33,120 bases of DNA from a virus (IMGVR_UViG_3300012348_000069:1-33120); one strand, 5' to 3'. Positions 18,353 to 27,900 are shown, counted from the stretch's first letter. The notes: a model not told the origin generated them from the letters alone. Numbers and translations: made by a program.

Positions 18353-18934
18353 ATGAGTGTTTTAAACGAAATCAAGACGTTACTTGGAATGGAAGTGCGT
18401 CTTGCACAGATGAAGCTTGATAATGGGACTATTTTAGAAGCAGATGCTTTCGAAATGGATATGCCTGTTTTTATAGTTAATGGTGAAGATAGAATTGCAG
18501 TACCTGTAGGCGAATACAAATTAGAAGATGGTAACATCCTAAAAGTAGACGTTGAAGGAATTATTGCAGCTATTGAAATGCCTGAAGAAGAAATGCCTGA
18601 AGCTGAAGAAGAAGTAGCTGTTGAGGCTGCTGCTGAAGAAGTTGTTGAAGCTCCTGCTGAAGCAAGTCCTAAAAAGATTGTAGAATCAATCACTAAAGAA
18701 ATGTTCTTTTCTGAAATTGAAAAATTAAGAAATGAAATCGCTGAATTGAAAGGTGTAAAACTTTCTGCTGATGAAGAAGATAAAACTGATGAAGATTTAA
18801 AATCTAAAGAAGTTGAATTAAGTGTTGAACCATTAACACATTCACCTGAAGTAAAAGCTCCACAAGTTCAAAAATTCGCATCTAATCGCCAATTAACTAC
18901 TCAAGATAGAGTAATGGCAAAACTTTTTAATTAA
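18353..18934 (+). CDS. Capsid scaffolding protein
   Basis: Very acidic, VPVGEYKLEDG; immediately upstream of MCP. Confidence 0.7.
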   Translation: MSVLNEIKTLLGMEVRLAQMKLDNGTILEADAFEMDMPVFIVNGEDRIAVPVGEYKLEDGNILKVDVEGIIAAIEMPEEEMPEAEEEVAVEAAAEEVVEAPAEASPKKIVESITKEMFFSEIEKLRNEIAELKGVKLSADEEDKTDEDLKSKEVELSVEPLTHSPEVKAPQVQKFASNRQLTTQDRVMAKLFN

Positions 18935-18958
18935 TAATAATAAACTAAATAAATAAAA

Positions 18959-19912
18959 ATGGCTACTACTACAAGTATTACTACCACTTATGCAGGAGAA
19001 TTTGCTTCTAAATATATCTCTGCTGCTTTATTATCTGCTTCTACTATCGAAAATGGTGGAATTGAGGTAATGCCTAATGTTAAATACAAATCTGTAATCC
19101 AAAAAATTGCTACTGACGCTATCGTTAAAGATGCTACTTGTGATTTTTCTGCTACATCAACTGTAACATTAAGCGAAAGAATTATCCAACCTGAAGAATT
19201 CCAAGTAAATTTACAATTGTGTAAAAAAGACTTTCACGCAACTTGGGAAGCTGTATCTATGGGATATTCTGCTTTTGATTCATTGCCACCAAGCTTTGCT
19301 GATTATTTGATTTCTCACGTTGCTGCTAAAGTTGCTGAAAAAACTGAACAAAACATTTGGAAAGGTGTAACTGCTAATGCAGGTGAATTCAACGGATTGG
19401 CTACTTTGTTAGCTTTAGATGCTGCTTTGCCAACTGCTAATGAAGTTACAGGTACTACAGTTACTGCTTCTAACGTTGTTGCTGAATTAGGTAAGATTGT
19501 TGATGCAATCCCTGCTGCATTGTACGGAAAAGAAGATTTGTACTTATATGTTTCTCAAAATATCGCTCGTGCTTACGTTCGTGCTTTAGGTGGATTTGGT
19601 GCTTCAGGATTAGGTGCTAATGGTACTAACAATCAAGGAACACAATGGTTTAACAATGGTTCATTATCTTTTGATGGTGTTAAAATCTTTGTTGCAAACG
19701 GATTAGCTTCTAACACCGCTATCGCTGCTGAAAAATCTAACTTATTCTTTGGTACAGGTTTGTTATCTGACCAAAATGAAGTACAAGTAATTGATATGGC
19801 ACCTGTAGATGGTTCTCAAAATGTACGTGTAGTAATGCGTTTTACTGCTGCAGTTCAATACGGAATTGTTGAAGATATCGTAACGTATGGTATAACTAAT
19901 TCTGCTAACTAA
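18959..19912 (+). CDS. Major capsid protein
   Basis: TYAGEFA, PNVKYK, QVNLQLCK, DGSQNVRVVMRF; strong codon bias; followed by terminator. Confidence 0.85.
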   Translation: MATTTSITTTYAGEFASKYISAALLSASTIENGGIEVMPNVKYKSVIQKIATDAIVKDATCDFSATSTVTLSERIIQPEEFQVNLQLCKKDFHATWEAVSMGYSAFDSLPPSFADYLISHVAAKVAEKTEQNIWKGVTANAGEFNGLATLLALDAALPTANEVTGTTVTASNVVAELGKIVDAIPAALYGKEDLYLYVSQNIARAYVRALGGFGASGLGANGTNNQGTQWFNNGSLSFDGVKIFVANGLASNTAIAAEKSNLFFGTGLLSDQNEVQVIDMAPVDGSQNVRVVMRFTAAVQYGIVEDIVTYGITNSAN

Positions 19913-19940
19913 AAAAGTATTATATTAGCAAAGTTAACCT

Positions 19941-19974
19941 AAAGGGATGGGGTAAATCCTGTCCCTTTTTTTTT
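19941..19974 (+). terminator. Intrinsic terminator
   Basis: aaagggatgg...cctgtcccttt plus T tract. Confidence 0.8.
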
Positions 19975-19983
19975 AATATTGAT

Positions 19984-20544
19984 ATGGCTTATATATATTG
20001 CACTACAAACCTAATAAATGGTAAAAAATACATTGGTTCAACTAATGGGTATTATCCTAATTATTTAGGTAGTGGAACATATATTAAAAAAGCAATAAAA
20101 AAATATGGTAAAGAAAATTTTACTAAAGAAATTTTAGTAGAAGTTCCTTATGAGTATAGATGGGAAGAAGAAAATTATTGGTTAAATTATTTTAATTGTG
20201 CTAATAATTCATTATTTTATAATGTAAATCCTCAAGCAGGTGGTTCTCAAAAACAAAAAGGATATAATTTATCAGAAAAACATAAATCTGCAATATCTAA
20301 AGGTAGTAAAGGTAAAAAAGTGAGTCACTATACCAAAGTAATTAAATCTAAATATCTTGTAAAAATAGATTCTACAGAATGGATTACAACGGGTGAATTG
20401 TCTTTGATTATGGGTTATAATAACAGAAGTTCTGTAACCACATTAATAAGGACTTTAGAAAAAGGCATATCAACAAAAAGAAAAACAGGTAGTAATGCTA
20501 TACATTTACTTGAATTAGGATTTGAATATAAAATTAACTTATAA
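19984..20544 (+). CDS. GIY-YIG homing endonuclease (Seg-like, NUMOD3-like motif)
   Basis: YIYCTTNLINGKKYIGS, YLGSG, KKYGKENFTKEIL, SEKHKSAIS. Confidence 0.9.
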   Translation: MAYIYCTTNLINGKKYIGSTNGYYPNYLGSGTYIKKAIKKYGKENFTKEILVEVPYEYRWEEENYWLNYFNCANNSLFYNVNPQAGGSQKQKGYNLSEKHKSAISKGSKGKKVSHYTKVIKSKYLVKIDSTEWITTGELSLIMGYNNRSSVTTLIRTLEKGISTKRKTGSNAIHLLELGFEYKINL

Positions 20545-20555
20545 AAATATAAAAA

Positions 20556-21083
20556 ATGGCTTGTGAAATCGCTTTAGGTAGAACAGAAAAATGTAAAGAC
20601 GCAGTAGGCGGTCTTAAGGCAGTTTACTTTGTAAATTGGGGAGATATGACAGATGTAACTTATGACGTAACTAATACAGATGCTATTAGTGCCGTTGCAG
20701 GTTCTCCAAGTGCATACAAATATGAATTGAAAGGTAATAGTTCATTTGAACAAGCAATTACTTCTTCAAGAGAAAATGGAACTACATTCTTTGAACAAAC
20801 TTTGAACTTAACTTTAAAGAAATTGTCGATTGTAGACCACAAACAAATTAAATTACTTTCTTATGGTAGACCACAAGTAGTAGTTGAAGACAACAACGGA
20901 AACTTGTTTTTAGCAGGTTTAGAACACGGTATGGAAGTATCAGGTGGTACAATCGTTACTTCAGGTGATATGGGCGGACTTTCAGGATATACATTAGTGT
21001 TATCAGGACAAGAGCCTGTACCTGCAAACTTCTTGACTACTACTTTGAGTTCAGCAGGATTCACAGTAGTTTCAGGTTCATAA
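20556..21083 (+). CDS. Major tail tube protein
   Basis: CKDAVGGLKAVYF, SRENGTTFFEQ, VEDNNG, GYTL. Confidence 0.7.
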   Translation: MACEIALGRTEKCKDAVGGLKAVYFVNWGDMTDVTYDVTNTDAISAVAGSPSAYKYELKGNSSFEQAITSSRENGTTFFEQTLNLTLKKLSIVDHKQIKLLSYGRPQVVVEDNNGNLFLAGLEHGMEVSGGTIVTSGDMGGLSGYTLVLSGQEPVPANFLTTTLSSAGFTVVSGS

Positions 21084-21107
21084 TTGTTTGTTTTTTTGAT
21101 TGAAATT

Positions 21108-21134
21108 GGGGCAACTTGTGTTGTCCCTTTTTTT
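21108..21134 (+). terminator. Intrinsic terminator
   Basis: ggggcaac-ttgt-gttgtccc plus T tract. Confidence 0.8.
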
Positions 21135-21136
21135 AT

Positions 21137-21727
21137 TTAATATATACTTCCTTTTCTTAAATTATCAATAGCCCATAAAGGTTGAAAGTTTGTATAATGA
21201 TTAAGCTTAATAATTTCTTCTTCAGTAGTTGCTAATTTCAAAGGTTTAATATGGTCTAAATGCCATTCTCCGTGGTTTTCTATTGACATACCTTCTTTGA
21301 ATTTAGATTGTATATATATCCTAAATTCTTCTATAGTACATCCCAATATAGATTCAGTATTTTTTGTTTTATCAAAATTATTAATATTTCTTTTAAAAGA
21401 TTTTGAAATTATATTTCTTATATTATGATTAAAGTTAAATAATTTGTCTAATTTTCTCCTATTAAACATATATTCTTTATGATATTTTTTTCTATTTTCT
21501 TTATTGTTTTTTATATATTCTTTTTGCTTATTTATTAATTTTATTTTATTTAATTCATAATATTTCTTTGAATATTCTTTTTGATATTCTTTTATTTTTT
21601 CTCTATTTATTTCACAATATTTTTTATGACAATCTTTGCATTTTTCAGTTAATCCATTTTTACCTTTTTTACTTTTATAGAACATATCAAAAGATTTTTC
21701 TATTTTGCATTTATTACAAGTCTTCAT
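21137..21727 (-). CDS. HNH homing endonuclease (copy 3)
   Basis: CxxC..CxxC plus WHLDHIKP...LNHYTNFQPLWAIDN. Confidence 0.85.
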   Translation of the reverse strand: MKTCNKCKIEKSFDMFYKSKKGKNGLTEKCKDCHKKYCEINREKIKEYQKEYSKKYYELNKIKLINKQKEYIKNNKENRKKYHKEYMFNRRKLDKLFNFNHNIRNIISKSFKRNINNFDKTKNTESILGCTIEEFRIYIQSKFKEGMSIENHGEWHLDHIKPLKLATTEEEIIKLNHYTNFQPLWAIDNLRKGSIY

Positions 21728-21745
21728 AATTTATTTATTTAAAAA

Positions 21746-21753
21746 CAAATATA
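21746..21753 (-). promoter_or_regulatory. Minus-strand -7 box for HNH copy 3
   Basis: caaatata = TATATTTG on the minus strand. Confidence 0.55.
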
Positions 21754-21783
21754 CAATTATTTAATTATTAAAGAAAAAATGTA

Positions 21784-22113
21784 ATGATTATTTTAAAACA
21801 GCAAAATACTCAACAAGTATTAAAATTTATTCCAAGAAATTACGGAGCAGATACGATAGTATTAAGAAATGAAACAACTAACGAAATACAAACTATTTCA
21901 GCAACGTTTACATTAGATTCTTATTATTTATCTACTTCTAAAATATTTGATTTAAAAGAAAATACATTTTACAATTTGACTATTAAAAACGGTGTTGAAG
22001 TTGTATACAAAGATAAAGTATTTTGTACAAATCAAGTATTAAAAGATTACACAGTAAACAAGGATGAATATGTAGCACACGCTACAAACAACGATTTTAT
22101 AATTTATGAGTAA
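21784..22113 (+). CDS. Structural protein (possible head closure)
   Basis: 109 aa immediately upstream of portal. Confidence 0.5.
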   Translation: MIILKQQNTQQVLKFIPRNYGADTIVLRNETTNEIQTISATFTLDSYYLSTSKIFDLKENTFYNLTIKNGVEVVYKDKVFCTNQVLKDYTVNKDEYVAHATNNDFIIYE

Positions 22114-23884
22114 TATATCAATTGTAAATTTAAGTGCTTATACAAGCCCTGTAATTCAAGAAAACAAAAAATCAGACTATATTGAGTATGGAGTAGACAA
22201 TAACTACTTTCAATACTTGATTGATAGATATCTGTATTCAGCAACTAACAACGCTATTATCACAGGTGTTACTAATATGATTTATGGTAAAGGATTGGAT
22301 GCTTTAGATTCTAATCGTAAACCTAATGAATATGCACAAATGCGTAGTATCATTAAAGGTGATATGTTGAAGAAAGTAGCTATGGAGCGTAAAATGCTTG
22401 GAATGGGTGCTATGCAAGTTGTAATGGAAAAAGGTCAAGTTAAATCTATCGACCATTTCCCAATGAATACATTAAGAGCAGAAAAGTGTAATGACAAAGG
22501 AGAAATTGAAGCTTGGTATTATTACCCTGATTGGACTAAAAAGAAACCTTCAGAACAAGCTAAAAGAATTCCTGCGTTTGGATTCGGAAATGGTAATGAA
22601 GTTGAAATGTATGTTGTACATCCTTACGTTAGTGGATTCCATTATTACACTCCTATTGATTATTCAGGTGCTTTACCTTATGCTAAATTAGAAGAAGAAA
22701 TAAGTGATTATTTGATTAATGATGTACAAAACGGATTTAGTGGAACAAAAGTAATTAACTTTAACAATGGTGTACCTACTGAAGAAATGCGTGACAAAAT
22801 CAAACGTGACGTATTAGGTAAACTAACAGGTTCAAGAGGTGAAAAAGTAATTGTTGCCTTTAATGCTAATGCAGAAAGTAAAACTACTGTAGAAGATATA
22901 CCTTTAAATGATGCACCTGCACACTATGAGTATTTATCTAAAGAATGTTTTGAAAAGTTAATTGTAGGGCATAGAGTTACTTCACCAATGCTTTTAGGTA
23001 TTCGTGATACAGGCGGTGGTTTAGGTAATAATGCAGATGAAATTAAAACTGCTACTTTGTTATTCGATAACATTGTAATTAAACCTTACCAACTTGAATT
23101 AATTGCTGCTATTGATGAAATTTTAGCAGTAAACGATATCAGCTTAAAATTATACTTTAAGACTATACAACCTTTAGAATTTGTAGATGCTTCAGGAATG
23201 AATGCTGAAACTACTGAAGAAGAAACAGGTATTAAAATGAGTAGTCAATCTGTAGCTGATTTATTAATTGAAAAAGGAGAAGAATTAAGTGACGAATGGT
23301 TTTTAATTGATGAAACAGAAGTTGATTATGATTCTGAAGAAGCTTTAGATGCAGAAATTGAAGCTTTAAACAACAAAAATAAAAAAGAACAAAGTTTACT
23401 TTCAAAAGTTTGGAATTTTGCTACAACAGGAACTGCAAGACCTTCGGCTAAATCTGAACAAGATAAAAACATTGATGGAGTTCAGTTTATTACACGTTAT
23501 GTTTATAGTGGTAATCCAACAGGAGAAAGAGAATTCTGCAATAAAATGGTAAATGCCAATAAAGTATATCGTAAAGAAGATATTGTGGCTATGGCAAGTC
23601 AGCAAGTTAATGCAGGATTTGGAAAAGATGGTGCAGCTAATTACGATATATGGCTATACAAAGGTGGACCGAGATGCTTACATAAATGGATGCGTAGAAC
23701 TTATGCAAGTTTTGAAACTAAAATAGACCCAACAAATCCAAATGCAAAACCATTAAGTATTGCAACTGCTGAAAAATATGGCTATAGAGTAAGAAACGAC
23801 AAAGAAGTATCTATGAAACCTGCTGATATGGATTACAAAGGATACACAAAAGAGTATTGGGATAAAATGGGATTTACAAATTAA
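22106..23884 (+). CDS. Portal protein with C-terminal MuF-like extension
   Basis: YGVDNNYFQYLID, SATNNAII, GHRVTSPMLLGI; C-terminal REFC...YKGGPRCLHKW. Confidence 0.85.
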   Translation: MSNISIVNLSAYTSPVIQENKKSDYIEYGVDNNYFQYLIDRYLYSATNNAIITGVTNMIYGKGLDALDSNRKPNEYAQMRSIIKGDMLKKVAMERKMLGMGAMQVVMEKGQVKSIDHFPMNTLRAEKCNDKGEIEAWYYYPDWTKKKPSEQAKRIPAFGFGNGNEVEMYVVHPYVSGFHYYTPIDYSGALPYAKLEEEISDYLINDVQNGFSGTKVINFNNGVPTEEMRDKIKRDVLGKLTGSRGEKVIVAFNANAESKTTVEDIPLNDAPAHYEYLSKECFEKLIVGHRVTSPMLLGIRDTGGGLGNNADEIKTATLLFDNIVIKPYQLELIAAIDEILAVNDISLKLYFKTIQPLEFVDASGMNAETTEEETGIKMSSQSVADLLIEKGEELSDEWFLIDETEVDYDSEEALDAEIEALNNKNKKEQSLLSKVWNFATTGTARPSAKSEQDKNIDGVQFITRYVYSGNPTGEREFCNKMVNANKVYRKEDIVAMASQQVNAGFGKDGAANYDIWLYKGGPRCLHKWMRRTYASFETKIDPTNPNAKPLSIATAEKYGYRVRNDKEVSMKPADMDYKGYTKEYWDKMGFTN

Positions 23885-23888
23885 ATAT

Positions 23889-24389
23889 ATGGCATCAGCA
23901 CTTTTTATAACAAGAGAAGACATAGTTAAGTTTACTGCAATTAGTGGTAATCTTGACGTAGACAAATTTATAGGGTTTGTAAAAATAGCACAGGATATTC
24001 ATATTCAAAACTATTTAGGAACTAAACTATATGATAAAATAAACGATGATATCGTAGCAGGTACTTTAGCAAGTCCATATACAACGCTTTTAAGCAAGTA
24101 TATCAAGCCAATGGTAATACATTGGGCTATGGTAGAATATTTGCCTTATTCGGCTTATACAATAGCTAATAAAGGTGTATATAAACACAATAGTGAAAAT
24201 AGTACAAACGTAGAAAAGAATGAAGTAGATTTCTTGATTGAAAAAGAACGTGATGTAGCGCAACACTATACAAACAGGTTTTTAGATTACATCTGTTATA
24301 ACACAGCTACGTTTCCTGAATATAACACTAATTCAAATGGCGATATGTTCCCTGATTCGGAAGCTAACTTTGTAAGTTGGGTACTATGA
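23889..24389 (+). CDS. Head-tail adaptor/connector
   Basis: AQDIHIQNYLGTKLY; follows portal. Confidence 0.6.
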   Translation: MASALFITREDIVKFTAISGNLDVDKFIGFVKIAQDIHIQNYLGTKLYDKINDDIVAGTLASPYTTLLSKYIKPMVIHWAMVEYLPYSAYTIANKGVYKHNSENSTNVEKNEVDFLIEKERDVAQHYTNRFLDYICYNTATFPEYNTNSNGDMFPDSEANFVSWVL

Positions 24390-24472
24390 TAAAAAAAGAA
24401 ACTTATAAGCCTAAAGCAGTAAACGTAAAAAAACTGCAACTATTTTTAAATAAAATAAAAGATAAAAAATGA
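24386..24472 (+). CDS. 28-aa basic peptide (not in ORF track)
   Basis: MIKKETYKPKAVNVKKLQLFLNKIKDKK*; ATGA overlaps at both ends. Confidence 0.5.
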   Translation: MIKKETYKPKAVNVKKLQLFLNKIKDKK

Positions 24473-24807
24473 GTTTACAATTTACACATATAAAAGGGGA
24501 CACTTTTGATGCGGTTCCTTTTCAATTAAAGATTAACGATACGGTTATTAATTTAACAGGTGCAACTATTAAAATGCAGTTACGCAAATGTTATTCAGAT
24601 ACTGCTGCTGCTTTATCTCTTACTTCAGTTTCTTCTGCAGGTATTACTATTACAAATGCCACGAATGGGGAATTTAAAATTAACACACAAATTATAGACA
24701 TTCCTGTTTACAATTATGTTTATGATATACAAATTACTTTAGCGAGTGGAGTAGTTAAAACGTATGTACAAGGTGGGTTTAATATTACTAACGAAGTAAC
24801 AAGATAA
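24469..24807 (+). CDS. BppU-N-like fibre adaptor protein
   Basis: KGDTF, NLTGATIKMQLR, YVYDIQIT, G.F.IT.EVTR. Confidence 0.65.
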   Translation: MSLQFTHIKGDTFDAVPFQLKINDTVINLTGATIKMQLRKCYSDTAAALSLTSVSSAGITITNATNGEFKINTQIIDIPVYNYVYDIQITLASGVVKTYVQGGFNITNEVTR

Positions 24808-24811
24808 AAAA

Positions 24812-27373
24812 ATGGGTGATGATATTACTATTGGTGTAACTGAAATTGTAAACAATATTGAAGTTACTGCACAACCAAACGACCAAATTGTAGATATTAG
24901 TGTAATTGACAATACAGATGAAGTTACTTTAAACATAACACCTACTGTAATTGAAATCAATGTAAATAAAGGTAGTTCATACGCTAAATGGGGAACTATT
25001 TTAGGCACACTATCAGACCAAGAAGATTTACAAGATGCTTTAGATTTAAAAGCTGATTTAGTTGATGGTAAAGTACCTTCTTCACAATTACCATCTTACG
25101 TAGATGATGTTATTGAAGTAGCTAATTACGCTGCTTTACCTGCTACAGGTGAGTCAGGAAAGATATATATCACTATTGATAACAATCATATCTTTAGATG
25201 GACAGGTTCTATTTATGTAGAAATTACTGATAATACTGCAGTTTGGGGTGCAATTACGGGAACATTAAGTTCACAGACTGATTTAGTTAATGCTTTAAAT
25301 TTAAGAGTACCTTATACGGGTGCTACAGGTAATATTAATCTTGGTGAGTATGGATTAACAGCGGGATTTTTAGGTTTAGATACAACACCTACTTCAACTC
25401 CTACAGGTGTAGGAACTATTTTTTGGGATTCTGCAAATAGAACTGCTGCTTTAATTGATGGCGATGGCGATACTACTTTACAGATAGGTCAAGAACAAAG
25501 AATATTAGTACATAATAATACGGGTTCAACTTTAACTGATGGTCAGGTTGTTTATGTTACAGGTTCTACGGGTAATTTACCAAGTGTAAGTTTAGCAAAT
25601 GCAACATCAGAAACTACTTCAGCAGCTACTATTGGTGTAGTTACGGAATCAATTGCACACGGTGCTGATGGTTTTATTACTACAAGTGGAATTATAAATG
25701 GCTTAAATACTTTAGATTTTGACGAAGGAGATTTACTTTGGTTGTCAACTACTGCAGGTGCTTTTACAACTACTAAACCAACAAGTCCTGCACATTTGGT
25801 ATTGATTGGTTATGTAATTAAAAAAGCAGGTGGTAATGGTTCTATATTAGTTAAGATTCAAAACACACAAGAACTTTCAGAAAGTAGTGATGTATTATTT
25901 ACTTCTTTAACTGATAAAGATGTATTGACTTACGAAAGTAGTTCTCAACTATGGAAAAATAAATCTATATCTACAATTTTAGGATATACACCTGCTAATG
26001 ATTCAAGTGTAGTACATAAAACGGGTGATGAAACTATTAGTGGTAGAAAGACTTTTAATAGTACTACCGACATTGGTATTCGTTCTAATATTAGCGGAAA
26101 TGGATATGGTATTTATTCAGAAAATAGTTCTAATGGTATTTCTTTTTATGTAGCTAATAATGGTTCAGGAAAAGCATTTAGTGTATCTAACACACTTGGT
26201 TCTTTTGGTAATATGTATGAAGGTTCTTATAATGGAACTTCTAATTTTGCAGTTAATTATTTAGGTGAAATTACAGGAACTAAATTCATTAAATCAGGTG
26301 GTACAAGTTCACAATTCTTAAAAGCTGATGGTAGTGTAGATACTAATACTTATCTTCAATCAGTAGCCGCTACTTTGCCTTTAGGTTCAACGGGTGGAAC
26401 ATCGCCTGTTATTTCTATAACACAAGCAACTACAAGTTCAAATGGTTATTTAAGTTCAACTGATTGGAATACTTTTAACGGAAAACAATCCGCTTTAAGT
26501 GGAACAGGTTTTGTTAAAATATCAGGTACTACTATTTCTTATGATAATAGTACTTATGTACCAACATCAAGAACTTTAACAATAAACGGAACTGCTTATG
26601 ATTTAAGTGCAGATAGAAGTTGGACTATTTCTGCGGGTATTTCAGGTTCAGGTACTACTAATTACTTACCTAAATTTACGGGTTCAACTGCTTTAGGTAA
26701 TTCTTTGATTTATGATAATGGTACAAATGTTATTATAGGACAATCAACAAATTCAGGTTTAGGAAATGTAAAATTATTAGTTAAACAATCAGGGGCTTTA
26801 GATTATGAAGGTTTAAGTGTTTTATCTTCTACTAATGATGATTTTATATCTGTTTCACATACGGGTAGTATTGCAAGAATTTCATCAAGTTATGGTAATA
26901 CAGGTGGATATACACCATTAGCTTTTGCAACAAGTGGGATTGATAGATTATATATAACAACAGGCGGAAATATAGGTATAGGCACAACAAGTCCTTCATT
27001 TCAATTACAATTATCAAATGATTCAGCAGCTAAACCGGGTTCTCCATTATGGACAGTATCTTCTGATATTAGAATAAAAGAAAATGTAAGACCTTATACA
27101 GATGGTTTAGAAAAGTTAATGCAAGTAAATCCCGTTTACTATGATTATAATGGTAAAGCAGGGTTCTCAATAACTAAAGATAACGTAGGTATAATTGCTC
27201 AAGAAATGCAAGAAGTATTACCTAATACTATAAAGACATTTAAAGCTAAACTTAACGATGATGATGAGGAAGAAACAGAACTATTAAGTTTTAATGCAAA
27301 TGAAATTATATACGTTCTTATAAATTCAGTAAAAGAGTTAAAAGCAGAAATAGAAATTTTAAAAAATAAATAA
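24812..27373 (+). CDS. Tail fibre/spike with C-terminal peptidase S74 intramolecular chaperone
   Basis: KADLVDGKVPSSQLP, GNIGIGTTSP, SDIRIKEN, GIIAQE, terminal coiled coil. Confidence 0.85.
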   Translation: MGDDITIGVTEIVNNIEVTAQPNDQIVDISVIDNTDEVTLNITPTVIEINVNKGSSYAKWGTILGTLSDQEDLQDALDLKADLVDGKVPSSQLPSYVDDVIEVANYAALPATGESGKIYITIDNNHIFRWTGSIYVEITDNTAVWGAITGTLSSQTDLVNALNLRVPYTGATGNINLGEYGLTAGFLGLDTTPTSTPTGVGTIFWDSANRTAALIDGDGDTTLQIGQEQRILVHNNTGSTLTDGQVVYVTGSTGNLPSVSLANATSETTSAATIGVVTESIAHGADGFITTSGIINGLNTLDFDEGDLLWLSTTAGAFTTTKPTSPAHLVLIGYVIKKAGGNGSILVKIQNTQELSESSDVLFTSLTDKDVLTYESSSQLWKNKSISTILGYTPANDSSVVHKTGDETISGRKTFNSTTDIGIRSNISGNGYGIYSENSSNGISFYVANNGSGKAFSVSNTLGSFGNMYEGSYNGTSNFAVNYLGEITGTKFIKSGGTSSQFLKADGSVDTNTYLQSVAATLPLGSTGGTSPVISITQATTSSNGYLSSTDWNTFNGKQSALSGTGFVKISGTTISYDNSTYVPTSRTLTINGTAYDLSADRSWTISAGISGSGTTNYLPKFTGSTALGNSLIYDNGTNVIIGQSTNSGLGNVKLLVKQSGALDYEGLSVLSSTNDDFISVSHTGSIARISSSYGNTGGYTPLAFATSGIDRLYITTGGNIGIGTTSPSFQLQLSNDSAAKPGSPLWTVSSDIRIKENVRPYTDGLEKLMQVNPVYYDYNGKAGFSITKDNVGIIAQEMQEVLPNTIKTFKAKLNDDDEEETELLSFNANEIIYVLINSVKELKAEIEILKNK

Positions 27374-27374
27374 T

Positions 27375-27692
27375 ATGACAATATTTAAGTGGATTATTTC
27401 AGCGATGGAATGTATCAAAAAAGATGGTAATTTAAACGATGTAGTAATTACAATTCATTGGCGATATGCTGCAGAAAAAGATGGTGTTTATACAGATATG
27501 TATGGGGCTACTTCTATGCCTTTGCCAACAGGTGAGGATTTTACACCTTATGAAGAACTAACTAAAGACCAAGTGTGTGGATGGTTAGAAGCTACATTAG
27601 ATGTACCTGCAATGGAGGAAAATTTAGACAAGCAATTGGACTTGATAATTAACCCTGTTAACGTAACATTACAACCCCCATTTGAAAACTAA
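27375..27692 (+). CDS. Tail fibre-associated protein
   Basis: DVVITIHWR, FTPYEELTKDQVCGW; follows fibre gene. Confidence 0.6.
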   Translation: MTIFKWIISAMECIKKDGNLNDVVITIHWRYAAEKDGVYTDMYGATSMPLPTGEDFTPYEELTKDQVCGWLEATLDVPAMEENLDKQLDLIINPVNVTLQPPFEN

Positions 27693-27756
27693 AAACAAAA
27701 GTAACATTATGTTATTTTTAAGTAAATCAAATAAAAATTAAACAAAACAAACAATT

Positions 27757-27900
27757 ATGGAAACTAAACAAGCAATTGAAATTTTAGTACAAGTAGCACA
27801 TTTAGCACAAAAAGGTGGTTTATTACAATTGGCAGATGCAGTAGCAGTAGCACAAGCTATTAATACATTAGCACCTAAAGAAGAAGTAATAGAAGAATAA
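27757..27900 (+). CDS. Small helical protein (47 aa, not in ORF track)
   Basis: METKQAIEILVQVAHLAQKGGLLQLADA...VIEE*; A-rich leader. Confidence 0.7.
   Translation: METKQAIEILVQVAHLAQKGGLLQLADAVAVAQAINTLAPKEEVIEE

Noticed and set aside
19913-20555. Group I intron housing the GIY-YIG gene
   Set aside because: Flanking MCP and tail tube ORFs are complete, and the short flanks leave no room for an intron core.
22491-22691. Alternate-frame ORF inside the portal (likewise 29687..29902 inside ninG)
   Set aside because: Short, with no slippery site, coupling or recognisable motif.
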